Shown here: in pieces, positions 1 through 8,670 of the stretch | How the letters are laid out: each line of letters starts with the position of its first letter | How positions within the stretch are numbered: the first letter of the stretch is position 1 | Virus record (IMG/VR): IMGVR_UViG_3300044994_000135 | Coordinates: 1-59,008 of that record | Reading direction: 5' to 3' (one strand) | DNA length: 59,008 bases | From: a virus | Lineage: Duplodnaviria > Caudoviricetes | Position numbers and translations under genes: made by a program | The notes under the pieces: model-generated | The model's input: only the letters and a program-made list of their open reading frames with translations | Told to the model about the DNA's origin: nothing | Databases searched by the model: none

Positions 1-177
1 CCTTTTCGGGCCCGTACACGTAAACGGCATAGTGCTTGACCATGCGGTTCACCGCGTTCTCGATCTCCTCGATCTTGCCCTGTACCAGCGACAGCAGCTC
101 GTCCTTCATCTCGCGGATGGTGTCGGCCCCGGCCACGGCCTTGCTGTTGGCCGCGAGCGACTGGATGCGGTTGAACC
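1..177. repeat. Terminal direct repeat, copy 1 (circular overlap with 58832-59008)
   Basis: 1-177 matches 58832-59008 except at two positions (29 A/G and 50 C/T). Confidence 0.95.
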
Positions 178-1174
178 CCACCTTGAAGAGCCACTGAATG
201 GTGAGCTCGATGGCCCGCTCGTGCCCGGTCATGTCCGCCGGCTCGATCGTGGTGACCTGGGTCCCCTGCGGGACGATCAGCGCCGCGTTATCGCCCCACG
301 TCTTGACGTCCTCGTCCCCTACCGGGCCGGAGAACACGTGCCGCTGGAACGCCGAGTGGTTGAGCTGGTTGGAGTACGCGGACATGTAGTTGAAGAGCTG
401 GAGCTGCATCTCGGCCACGCCACGCACCCACGTCTCGTCGAAGCACCCGACCACGGGCAAGTGCTCCAGCTGCGGGATCCCCCGCTCCTCGACCAGCTCC
501 CACCTTTTGCCGTCGGTGACGCCCGCGTCTTTTTGCTTGTAAATCCGCAGCGTGATCCCGCCGCCCGGGGACTTCTTGAGCACGACCGAGCGCAGCTCCA
601 GCACCGGCTTCTGGGTCAGGTCCGAGCGGCGCTGCACCTCGTGGTACTCGTACCGGATCATCTCGAACTCCTGCTCGGCGTCCTCGCGCATCTGCCAGTC
701 GCGCAGGGCCAAGGGGCTGATCGAGTAAAAGAACGCCCGGTGCCCAGCCTCGTCGGCCTTGGTGTCGCCGTTAACCTTTGGCGCGAACGTGTACACCACG
801 CACTTGCCGTAGAGGATCAGGTCCAGAAACATGGACTTCTTGACGAACTCGGTCAGGCTGTTCCCCTTGCCGTCGACACTCTTGACGTGCTCGCCGAACA
901 GGTCCTTGACCTTCTGGTCAAGCTGCGGGTCTTCCTTGAAAAAGATCCCGGTCCAAACTCCGGTGACCATCTCCATCAGGTTTAGGTAACGCGAGCGCCG
1001 CGCACGCATCCTGCGGAGTAGGTTGCCGTACTTCGGGTGATTCTCGGCGAAATGTTCGATTAGGTATTCGGGGGAGGTCAGGACCGACTGCTTGCCCTCC
1101 TGCAGGTCGCGGAAGGTTTCCCACTCGCGGCGGTTCTCGACGTATTCGGGGTGGTCGTGAAGAGCTTCCATCAT
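1..1174 (-). CDS. Portal protein, N-terminal part (continues across the circular join into 58831-58455; about 516 aa in total)
   Basis: ATG at 1174 (MMEALHDHPEYVENRREWETFRDL...) is open to position 1 and in frame with the 58455-58967 ORF. It lies between terL and the minor head gene. Confidence 0.8.
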   Translation of the reverse strand, partial: MMEALHDHPEYVENRREWETFRDLQEGKQSVLTSPEYLIEHFAENHPKYGNLLRRMRARRSRYLNLMEMVTGVWTGIFFKEDPQLDQKVKDLFGEHVKSVDGKGNSLTEFVKKSMFLDLILYGKCVVYTFAPKVNGDTKADEAGHRAFFYSISPLALRDWQMREDAEQEFEMIRYEYHEVQRRSDLTQKPVLELRSVVLKKSPGGGITLRIYKQKDAGVTDGKRWELVEERGIPQLEHLPVVGCFDETWVRGVAEMQLQLFNYMSAYSNQLNHSAFQRHVFSGPVGDEDVKTWGDNAALIVPQGTQVTTIEPADMTGHERAIELTIQWLFKVGFNRIQSLAANSKAVAGADTIREMKDELLSLVQGKIEEIENAVNRMVKHYAVYVYGPEK

Positions 1175-1193
1175 GCCGACGTCCAGAGTACCA

Positions 1194-2615
1194 CTAAAGC
1201 ACCGGGCCCGACAAAGATCCACCGCCGCCGTCAGGCTTGGTCAGGTCGAGGTGCTTGGTCATCTCGAAAACGTAGTACCGGGCGCTGTCGCCGTAGTGGG
1301 TCCAGGTGTCCTTGGGCGGCTTGTCGATGTCCCACGTGCCCTCCTTGAGGGCCGTCTTGCGGTAGCTGTCGAGTAGGTTCTTACACCGGTAGTGGACGAC
1401 ATAGAGCCCGTAATCCATGGCCTGCGCCATCTTCTCCAAGCTCTGCCGGACGCCCGGGTTGGCACGCGGGGTCTTCATGGTCACGCTCGTGAACCCCGCC
1501 GACCGCAGGTACTTCACGATCTGGTCGTAGTCGCACCCGGCGTCGGTGTTGTGCACGGGGTTATACCCGGAACGGTCTCCGTGGATCTCGATGGGCGTGT
1601 GCCGCCAAGTGTGCACGGGGAACTTCCGCGCGAACTCCATGACTGCCGCCTCCAGCCCGCGCGCCCTACCGTCGGTCTCGTCGAGCGCCACAAACCGGAA
1701 TAGCCGCTCCTGAGAGAACCTGCCGGCGTAGAACGGCTGGCGCTGGTGAACGGTCCACGCGAGCGGGGCGACATTAAAATCCCAGCAGAGGGCCAGTGGC
1801 AACTCAGGGATCGGGCGCACGTCGTCTCCAACGACGTTGCGGGACTCGTTGAAGTTCCAGTAGGCCGTGGACTTCTGGAACGGGACGAATAGCCCGTAGC
1901 GGTAACTCTGGAGCTTGGACGGGTCGTAGGAGTAGCGCTGGACGAGCGCCTCGATATAGCCGGGGGCGAGGTTATGGGCGTTGTGATCAGTAGGGACAAT
2001 AAACGCCCGGACATTGCGTTTCTCATCGAGACGGTCGTAGCCAGTGCCGGGGATGTCGGCTAGCTCGGCGTAGTGATTGATGCCCTCTGGAACTGAGTCG
2101 CCGAGGCCCTGAAGGCACTTCGCCCTCTTATCCCGAAGCCGGTCCATAATGCGGTCAAACACGTCCGCTCTCGAAGTGGCCACCTCTGACCACCGCCAAT
2201 GCGTCAGGCTGGCAGACACAAAATGCACCGGGTTGTCAGCCGAGAGGAAGCTGATCCGGTGGTTGAGCCCCATCTGCCGAAAATCGATTGAGTTTGGGGA
2301 GCTTAAACGAACGATAAAGTGCTGCTTCTCCTTCCACCCGTAAACATCTTGAGCAACCTTGAGTGTCAACTCCAGGAGGGTTTCACAGATCCGGTAATTA
2401 GGCGCAACGGTCCAAGATCTCGTTGGGTTCGGGTCCGACTTTGGCGCGCCATTATCCAGAACACGTTGGAGGTCCCAGATTTGCCCGCCGTAAGATTTCC
2501 CAGCTCCTACCCCCCCTCGAATGAAAGTCACGCGATTGGGAGTGCGATCATTCATCGCATCCCAACACCACCAAGGGACATTTATTCGACGTGCGGATTT
2601 AACACCGGCTACCAA
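1194..2615 (-). CDS. terL: Terminase large subunit
   Basis: Walker A GGVGAGKS; RNase H-like nuclease motifs (WDFN, HGDRSG, HYGDSARY); directly upstream of the portal. Confidence 0.9.
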   Translation of the reverse strand: MVAGVKSARRINVPWWCWDAMNDRTPNRVTFIRGGVGAGKSYGGQIWDLQRVLDNGAPKSDPNPTRSWTVAPNYRICETLLELTLKVAQDVYGWKEKQHFIVRLSSPNSIDFRQMGLNHRISFLSADNPVHFVSASLTHWRWSEVATSRADVFDRIMDRLRDKRAKCLQGLGDSVPEGINHYAELADIPGTGYDRLDEKRNVRAFIVPTDHNAHNLAPGYIEALVQRYSYDPSKLQSYRYGLFVPFQKSTAYWNFNESRNVVGDDVRPIPELPLALCWDFNVAPLAWTVHQRQPFYAGRFSQERLFRFVALDETDGRARGLEAAVMEFARKFPVHTWRHTPIEIHGDRSGYNPVHNTDAGCDYDQIVKYLRSAGFTSVTMKTPRANPGVRQSLEKMAQAMDYGLYVVHYRCKNLLDSYRKTALKEGTWDIDKPPKDTWTHYGDSARYYVFEMTKHLDLTKPDGGGGSLSGPVL

Positions 2616-2713
2616 ACTGGGGGGTCAACGTAGACGGGCGTGACGTACTGATTCGATGACCTTCTCTCCCGGCGCGGCCACGCGCGGCCCGATTGTCGGC
2701 TCCGCTTTCTTCT

Positions 2714-4579
2714 TCATGGTCTCATCCTCAACCGCATCACGTTACCAATCCGCCGCCGGCCGCGCCGGGGCGGCTCTCCGTCGAGCTTCAGCGGCCCCTT
2801 CGGCGCTAACGGCTCCGGGGGGGCCGGAGAAACCGCACTCACCACTGCCCGCGCCCCCGGCTCCTGAACTACGGGCGGAGTATCGCCCGACCGCTCGCTC
2901 TGCGCAATGGCCCGGCGCACGCGCCCGGCGAGCGCCCACGGCTCGGGGGTGCTGTACCGCTCAAGCCGTACCGGCGCGATGGGCTTCCCCGGCCGCACGT
3001 CCGCCCAGAACAGCCGCGCCTTCTCGATTCGACCGCCGCCCATGTCCACCCACGCCACGCCGCGCTCGTTGGCCAGGCCGTGCGTGAGGTCCTCAGGGTG
3101 CACGATCGACCGGCGGTCCTCGCTCTCCCCGTCCACGCGCGAGCGGCTGGTGAACAGCCCGGCGTTGAGGTCGATGGGCCTCGCGGCGGACATGCCCAGC
3201 CCGCGCATGGTCGCGACGGAGCGGCTGCGGCGGACGGTGTCCCGCTCCCCGAACCACCCGCTCATGTCCCTGGCCGACTGCTCGTCGCCGAGGCGTAGGG
3301 CGATCTTGGTCCCGACGTTGGCCATGACGCGCTCGAAGAACTCCTGGCTCAGGCCGCTCGCCGGGTCCTTCAGGGCCCCGGTGCTCTGAGCGCCGAACAC
3401 GAACGCGAACCGGCCCTTGCGCGAGAGCTCGAATAGGCTCGCCCAGGTCGGCCCGAACGTGCACGCGGCCTCGTCGATGAGCACGAGGTGCGGCGACTCA
3501 AGCCGGTAGCCGGCGGAGATGATCTCGCCGATGGAGACCTCGAGGTCTTCGCGGATCATCCTGACAAGGCGGGCGCTGTTCTCCGCGTCCTCCAGCCGGG
3601 GCGTCACGAGATAAACCAGCTTTCGGGCCTTGATGGCCTCGGTCATCACCAGATCGGAATGCTCCGTGCAGAGCAGTCGCCCGTAGCTGGCCGCGAGCGC
3701 GTAGAACTCCGCCGCCACCCCGCGCAGGTTGTCCTGGATGGCCTGGGTGTCGAACGCCCCACGCGGGCCGCGGTAGGTGTTGGCGAGCGCCTCCAGGTCC
3801 CGCAGGTCCTCATCCCTTTGATGGGCCAGGAGCGTTTGCCGGATGATCGGGTACGCCGTCGGGAAGCTCCCCATGGCCACCGCGAGGTCCTCGACGGTCC
3901 ACGCGAGCGGCACGGCCTCCAGGGCCCGCACCACCCGGGAGACGGCATCGTGCGCGAGGCGGTCGTAATGTTTCGAGCTGACGAAGTCGGTCGTCAGGGG
4001 CAGGGCCGTCCGCAGGGCCTTGCGGGCCTTCACCTCCGGTCGTTGTCGGACACACGGCGCGAACGGGTTGTAGCTGCCGAGCTCTGGCCGGAGCGGGTCG
4101 ATCACGATCAGGTCCTCCGTACGGCCCGTGGCCTCGGCAATGGCCCGCACCTGGGCCAGGATGTCGGCGTCCCGCTTGGCGTCGAAGAACGTGCACCCGC
4201 CGCCCTGCGCCGCCTGCTGCCAGAACAGCCCGAGCATCCACAAGGTCTTGCCGGAACCCGTAGCCCCAAGGGCGGCCAGGTGCGTGCACGCTCGCTCGTG
4301 CGAGAGCCAGAGGGGCTCGCCGGTGTCGTGGTGGTACCCAATGAGGTAATGGTCCGGGCGAAACGAGGTAACAACGGCGCACGGCGCCCCATTCCAGTCT
4401 GGTGGTCGTTCGCGTTCGAGGCGCAGGTGGCACCCGAGCTTGTAGGCCAGTATGCCGAGGAGCAGCGTGACGGGCACGAGCGCCCAGACGGTGAACACGC
4501 CCGCCAGGAATGAGGCGGCGGTCAGGTGCGCGAGGACGGCTAGCTCGCGGCGCTGGGTGTCGGCGTAGCTCGCGCGCAC
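2714..4579 (-). CDS. Type IV coupling protein-like ATPase (TraD/VirD4/DotL family) with N-terminal membrane anchor
   Basis: N-terminal hydrophobic helices; Walker A GATGSGKT; FFDAKRD...GRTEDLIVIDP...SYNPF; Walker B LIDEAA; AQS motif; ANVGTKIALRLGD. Confidence 0.85.
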   Translation of the reverse strand: MRASYADTQRRELAVLAHLTAASFLAGVFTVWALVPVTLLLGILAYKLGCHLRLERERPPDWNGAPCAVVTSFRPDHYLIGYHHDTGEPLWLSHERACTHLAALGATGSGKTLWMLGLFWQQAAQGGGCTFFDAKRDADILAQVRAIAEATGRTEDLIVIDPLRPELGSYNPFAPCVRQRPEVKARKALRTALPLTTDFVSSKHYDRLAHDAVSRVVRALEAVPLAWTVEDLAVAMGSFPTAYPIIRQTLLAHQRDEDLRDLEALANTYRGPRGAFDTQAIQDNLRGVAAEFYALAASYGRLLCTEHSDLVMTEAIKARKLVYLVTPRLEDAENSARLVRMIREDLEVSIGEIISAGYRLESPHLVLIDEAACTFGPTWASLFELSRKGRFAFVFGAQSTGALKDPASGLSQEFFERVMANVGTKIALRLGDEQSARDMSGWFGERDTVRRSRSVATMRGLGMSAARPIDLNAGLFTSRSRVDGESEDRRSIVHPEDLTHGLANERGVAWVDMGGGRIEKARLFWADVRPGKPIAPVRLERYSTPEPWALAGRVRRAIAQSERSGDTPPVVQEPGARAVVSAVSPAPPEPLAPKGPLKLDGEPPRRGRRRIGNVMRLRMRP

Positions 4580-4785
4580 AACCGCATCCCAAACGATTCG
4601 AGTCTGATCGTAAACTCCTCGTGCCCCGCGAGCTCAGCCGCCAGCCGCTCACGGATGCCCTGGTCCGGGGTCGGCAAGAACAGCTCGCTCTGGGGTTGCC
4701 GGTGCCTCCACGCGAGCAGCGCGTAGCGCTTGAAGCTCTGGAAATACGTCTCGCTGTCGGGGAATGGGGCGTTCGCTACCGTCAT
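4540..4785 (-). CDS. Hypothetical protein
   Basis: 81 aa ORF overlapping both neighbours in an operon-like run. Confidence 0.5.
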   Translation of the reverse strand: MTVANAPFPDSETYFQSFKRYALLAWRHRQPQSELFLPTPDQGIRERLAAELAGHEEFTIRLESFGMRLCARATPTPSAAS

Positions 4786-4997
4786 TCGCCCTCTTCACCA
4801 GAACTCGCCGATGCCTCGGAAAATCCCGCCGAAGGCGTGTCCTTTTGGTCGAGACATTGGCCACGCTGGATCGCGGCCACGCAGTCGTTGAGCACGCGCC
4901 CGAGGTCGCCATAGCGGTACATCTGCTCGCTCACCGTGAACGAAACGACGGATTCACCGGTGGCGTTGTTGCGGAGGGTGAGGGTGTAGGTGGTCAT
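4782..4997 (-). CDS. Hypothetical protein
   Basis: 71 aa ORF with ATGA-type overlaps on both sides. Confidence 0.55.
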   Translation of the reverse strand: MTTYTLTLRNNATGESVVSFTVSEQMYRYGDLGRVLNDCVAAIQRGQCLDQKDTPSAGFSEASASSGEEGE

Positions 4998-5230
4998 TCA
5001 ACCTCTCTAAGTTGATCTTCAAGCGGGATCTCGCCATCGACAGGGATCGGACACCACGCATACAGGCCCGTTTTGGCTTCTGCTGGAAGAAACCCGTTTT
5101 CTGTTGTCCATGAGGCTATGGCGATCGTGCTTTTCCCGTCAAAGCTAGTTTGCCGGACAAGGAACAGGCCGAGTCGGCACTGCGGGACAGAATCGGGGAA
5201 CTTGCGCCAGTAGCACTCCGTGGTGGCCAT
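4994..5230 (-). CDS. Hypothetical protein
   Basis: ATG at 5230 (MATTECYWRKFP...) follows the methyltransferase; its stop overlaps the next start. Confidence 0.5.
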   Translation of the reverse strand: MATTECYWRKFPDSVPQCRLGLFLVRQTSFDGKSTIAIASWTTENGFLPAEAKTGLYAWCPIPVDGEIPLEDQLREVE

Positions 5231-5270
5231 GCCCCGCAGATTCTCACGCCCGGCGCGGGGGCGCAAGGGG

Positions 5271-5936
5271 TCAAAAAGGGAGGACGCTTTGTGCCATTCG
5301 GCGGGCTGCGATCTCGCAATAGCGTTCTTCGCGTTCAATCCCAATAGCCTTCCTCCCTAAATCCTTAGCGGCGCGCAATGTTGTTCCTGACCCCATAAAG
5401 GGGTCGATGATCGTGTTCTGTTTTGATTTGAGTTTTATGTCTGCCTGCTGGATACACCACCGCATTACTTCAACTGGTTTCTGCGTTGGGTGATATCGTG
5501 TCTGCTTTATGCGCTGCAACATTCCATTCCACATAAACCGTATCAAGCGAATAGCCCCTGGAAGCGTGGTCCAAGCAATCTCAGCATCTGCGAAGTCTCC
5601 AGAGTTTTCTTTATCCCATATCAGCCAACATTGGTTCTGAGGGAGGATATCCGTGTAATAGTTCCCCCCAAACAGAATACAGTTCCTCCCAGCGCGCAGT
5701 ACCAGGGAAAGTAAATTGTCGTCAATTCGCTCATTGTCCCAAGTAGCCACTGCATAATCTTTTGGAAGAGCCGCGGATCTGCGACTCTTATTCTTTCCAG
5801 CCGCTTCGCCAATGCCATATGGAGGATCAGTAAGTACAAGATCAACGTCCCTGATAGTAGGCAAAATCTCCTGACAATCTCCGTGGTAGATTAAAACTGA
5901 CTCATCTTGAAAGTACGGCCTGGCTACCATGTCCAT
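5271..5936 (-). CDS. N6-adenine/N4-cytosine DNA methyltransferase (beta class)
   Basis: TDPPY catalytic motif, HPTQKP and DPFMGSGTT SAM-binding motif; visibly more AT-rich than its flanks. Confidence 0.92.
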   Translation of the reverse strand: MDMVARPYFQDESVLIYHGDCQEILPTIRDVDLVLTDPPYGIGEAAGKNKSRRSAALPKDYAVATWDNERIDDNLLSLVLRAGRNCILFGGNYYTDILPQNQCWLIWDKENSGDFADAEIAWTTLPGAIRLIRFMWNGMLQRIKQTRYHPTQKPVEVMRWCIQQADIKLKSKQNTIIDPFMGSGTTLRAAKDLGRKAIGIEREERYCEIAARRMAQSVLPF

Positions 5937-6026
5937 GAAAGTGACATCTTGTTGCTAGGGGCGCAAGAACTATTTGCCGAACGCCGTTTAACGCAACAGC
6001 TCTAGATTACTCGTCAGGGCCGCGCG

Positions 6027-6464
6027 TCAGTGCTCCGTCGCCAGGCCGCCCTCGGCGTCCTCGGCGTCCTGCTCGTGCGGCGCGGGCTCGCGGACGAAGT
6101 ACACCTGCGTCGGCTTCGGCGCGTCGGGGTCTTCCATCTCGTTGGACTTGAGCCACTTGAGTTTGGCGATCTGGTCGTCGTACTTCTCGCGGTTGAGAGC
6201 CTTTAGTGAGAAGATGGCCGCCATCAGGTTCTCGGCGTGGGCGTACCCGAGCACCTGCTCGAAGAGGTCCTCCTCGATCTGCTTGTATGCCTCCTCGAAC
6301 GCCTCGGCGAACTTGGCGTCCTTCTCCCGCCAGTCGTAGACCGTGCGGCGGCTGACGCCACACAACTGACAGGCGCGGGACACGTTGCCACGGCGCTCGA
6401 CAAACGCTTTCAAGAACAGTTCTTGCTTGTCTCGGTTTCTAGGATTTGGTAATCTTTTCGGCAC
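6027..6464 (-). CDS. Terminase small subunit-like HTH protein
   Basis: HTH segment FLKAFVERRGNVSRACQLCGVSRRTVYDWREKDAKFAEAFEEA, followed by AAIFSLK...REKY, typical of TerS. Confidence 0.75.
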   Translation of the reverse strand: MPKRLPNPRNRDKQELFLKAFVERRGNVSRACQLCGVSRRTVYDWREKDAKFAEAFEEAYKQIEEDLFEQVLGYAHAENLMAAIFSLKALNREKYDDQIAKLKWLKSNEMEDPDAPKPTQVYFVREPAPHEQDAEDAEGGLATEH

Positions 6465-6500
6465 TTTTTATACGCTGTGCATTTTAGGCGGTTAAGTTCA

Positions 6501-6728
6501 CTACTGCATTTGCGACTTGAGCACCGCCTCTTTGGCGAGCTCGGTGGTGGCGTTGGCCTGCTTGACGGCCTGGTCAGCAAGCCGCTGGATCTGCGCGGCG
6601 GTAATGCCAACGGCGGTGGCCAGGGCCATGATTTGCGTGTCGTGCCTCTGGAGTTTGCGCCAGATGAGCCACTCGAGCACGGCCACGGCCACGACGGCGA
6701 CAACTGCGACAGTCAGCACAATATCCAT
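6501..6728 (-). CDS. Small membrane/coiled-coil protein
   Basis: N-terminal hydrophobic helix followed by a heptad-like tail. Confidence 0.6.
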   Translation of the reverse strand: MDIVLTVAVVAVVAVAVLEWLIWRKLQRHDTQIMALATAVGITAAQIQRLADQAVKQANATTELAKEAVLKSQMQ

Positions 6729-6732
6729 ACTG

Positions 6733-7089
6733 CTAGTCTGCCCGATCCAGCCCTGCCGGGCAACAGCCGAGCCCTGCGAGGATGCGCCAGCGGAGCCACT
6801 TCGGGCGGTGCGGGCTCAAAACGTGGCAGATCCAGAAAAAGCTCATGGGCTCCGAGGCGTCGTCGTACTCGGCGAAGAAGTCCCTGGCCGACTCGTAGTC
6901 CTCGTTCAGCAACGGGGATCCGGGCTTGGGCCCGCGCAGGTAGTCGCGGCACGCCACCCGCAGCACACTGGCCGCGAGCTGCGTGCACGCCGCCGTTTGT
7001 GGGTCGTACTGGTGGTCGGCAGTCTCAAAGAGCTGCGGGGCGTCCCACGCCTCTCCTTGGTGGGCGTCGTCCTCGAACCAGTCATCCAT
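6733..7089 (-). CDS. Hypothetical helical protein (resembles 14457-14828)
   Basis: ORF coupled to the VRR-NUC gene; pattern AASVLRVACRDY...ARDFF...SFFWICHVL. Confidence 0.6.
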   Translation of the reverse strand: MDDWFEDDAHQGEAWDAPQLFETADHQYDPQTAACTQLAASVLRVACRDYLRGPKPGSPLLNEDYESARDFFAEYDDASEPMSFFWICHVLSPHRPKWLRWRILAGLGCCPAGLDRAD

Positions 7090-7525
7090 ACTGCCTCAGG
7101 GCCTCCGGGACGGCGACGCCGAGGTAGTCGCACACCGCCGCCCATGCGGACTCTGCCGAGGTGTGGACCTCGACCCGGTGGCCGCAGGAGCGGGCGAGCT
7201 CCATAAACTCGACTTGGTTGGGCCGAGGCTTTTCGCCTTGGCGCTTGAACTCGATGAAAAAGCCGTGGAACTGTTTGGTGGGGTAGAACATGTGCCAGTC
7301 GCTCGCCCCCCACCGGCACCCCTCAGCGCCGAAACGCACCTGCCGCTGGATGCGCGGCCCGACGGCCTGGTTTGGAATGGCGTAGTGGCACTTCTGGGCG
7401 GCGGGATGGGGGATGTGTTGCAGGCCGGAGATGAACCTCGCCTGGATGCTGTGCTCACTCGGCTGATTCGCCTTGCGATAGGACGGCTTGGCGGAACGTG
7501 CGGCGCGGGCTCTGTGACGGGTCAC
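7082..7525 (-). CDS. VRR-NUC domain nuclease
   Basis: EHSIQ...AIPN...GASD...FIEFK...PRPNQVEF, the PD-(D/E)xK pattern of VRR-NUC. Confidence 0.82.
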   Translation of the reverse strand: MTRHRARAARSAKPSYRKANQPSEHSIQARFISGLQHIPHPAAQKCHYAIPNQAVGPRIQRQVRFGAEGCRWGASDWHMFYPTKQFHGFFIEFKRQGEKPRPNQVEFMELARSCGHRVEVHTSAESAWAAVCDYLGVAVPEALRQYG

Positions 7526-7557
7526 CTACCGGGAGAGTGTGTCACGCCCGGCGGCGT

Positions 7558-7839
7558 TCACGCAAGGGGCCTCCAGTGGGTTATACGGTGCAGATTGACT
7601 GTACAGGCAACCTCGCCGTCTCGGATTACGACCCAATCCCCGTGTTGGGAGAGAACACCCTCGCCGATGGGCCTTACGCATGTAGAAGACCCCTTCATAC
7701 CCTCTGCGATAAAAACCCGGGAGTAAAAACCCGGGAGTCTGTCGTTTACCTGTATCCAGCCGTCAGAGTCATCCGTCTCTGCCGCGACGCTGACGGTCCG
7801 GTCGAGGGGTTTGGGTGGCGTGGGGGTAGTTTGGATCAT
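7558..7839 (-). CDS. DUF551-like phage protein
   Basis: GWIQVNDRLP near the N-terminus and ITHWRPL at the C-terminus. Confidence 0.65.
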   Translation of the reverse strand: MIQTTPTPPKPLDRTVSVAAETDDSDGWIQVNDRLPGFYSRVFIAEGMKGSSTCVRPIGEGVLSQHGDWVVIRDGEVACTVNLHRITHWRPLA

Positions 7840-7881
7840 ACCGCCGATGGTACCAGCCTCAGGTCTGTGGCGCAAGGGCCT

Positions 7882-7967
7882 CACGCCGCCCGCGCGTCCA
7901 GCAACCACGCCGCCCGCGCGTCCAGCAACCACGCCGCCAGGGCGTCCAGCAACCACGCCGCCAGGGC
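7882..7967. repeat. 24-bp tandem repeat, about 3.5 copies
   Basis: CACGCCGCC(C/A)G(C/G)GCGTCCAGCAAC at 7882, 7906 and 7930, partial at 7954. Confidence 0.9.
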
Positions 7968-8114
7968 CGCCTTGCGCTAGTCCGTGGCCGCGTGGGTGGG
8001 TTCAATTGCTTCGTCGGCCAGGCAGTATCGTCGCAGGACGGCGTCGCAGGACGGCGTGTCGGGTGTCGTTCAGGAGTTGGCGGAGGGTGCGGCGGCGGTC
8101 GGGGCGGGCGGTGT

Positions 8115-8170
8115 CCATGGCCTGCAGGACGCCATGGCCTGCAGGACGCCATGGCCTGCAGGACGCCATG
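8115..8170. repeat. 17-bp tandem repeat, about 3.3 copies
   Basis: CCATGGCCTGCAGGACG at 8115, 8132 and 8149. Confidence 0.9.
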
Positions 8171-8240
8171 CTCGGCGGCGGGGCGGTAGTAGCGCAATCG
8201 TATTACCACGAGGATCAAATACCGTTTCTTGAGGAGGAGG

Positions 8241-8642
8241 GGGGGTACAGTACGGTAACTTTTTCTATAAAATTTTTTCTCGGTCAGGATCATGGTAAGG
8301 ATCTGCCTATGGTAAGGATTATCCTTACCATAATCCTTACCAAGCCTTGCGTGAAAAGTGTATAAAATATAATGATATCAACTAGTTATCCCGATCCTTA
8401 CCATAATTCTTGCCTTACCAAGCAAAAAATCAGTAAAAAAAGTTACCGTACTGTACCCCCATTGGTCGAACGCCGTTTGGCTATCTTGGTAAGGATCCGG
8501 GCACAAAATGCCCCTCTGACACACATCTTGGTAAGGATCCGGGCACAAAGCGACCCCACTTGGTAAGGATCCGGGCACAAAGCGACCCCACTTGGTAAGG
8601 ATTTGGGGTTCGATTCTGTCGGTTTTAGAGCGTGGTAAGGAT
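8241..8642. promoter_or_regulatory. Putative replication origin with iterons
   Basis: TGGTAAGGAT direct at 8293, 8310, 8487, 8529, 8561, 8593, 8633 and inverted at 8321, 8333, 8394; AT-rich core; 24-bp inverted repeat; adjacent to the primase-helicase gene. Confidence 0.75.
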
Positions 8643-8670
8643 CCTAGCCCTCCGTCAGTTGGCTCTTTGA

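Noticed and set aside
32-985. 317 aa plus-strand ORF
   Set aside because: It is antisense to the portal gene, which the ORF track missed because it crosses the window edge.
2625-2627. Genome-wide TGA recoding
   Set aside because: TGA terminates many well-defined genes here, often in ATGA overlaps, and long genes are intact under the standard bacterial code.
8485-8602. CRISPR-like repeat-spacer pattern
   Set aside because: The intervening sequences are themselves near-identical and short, which fits iterons.
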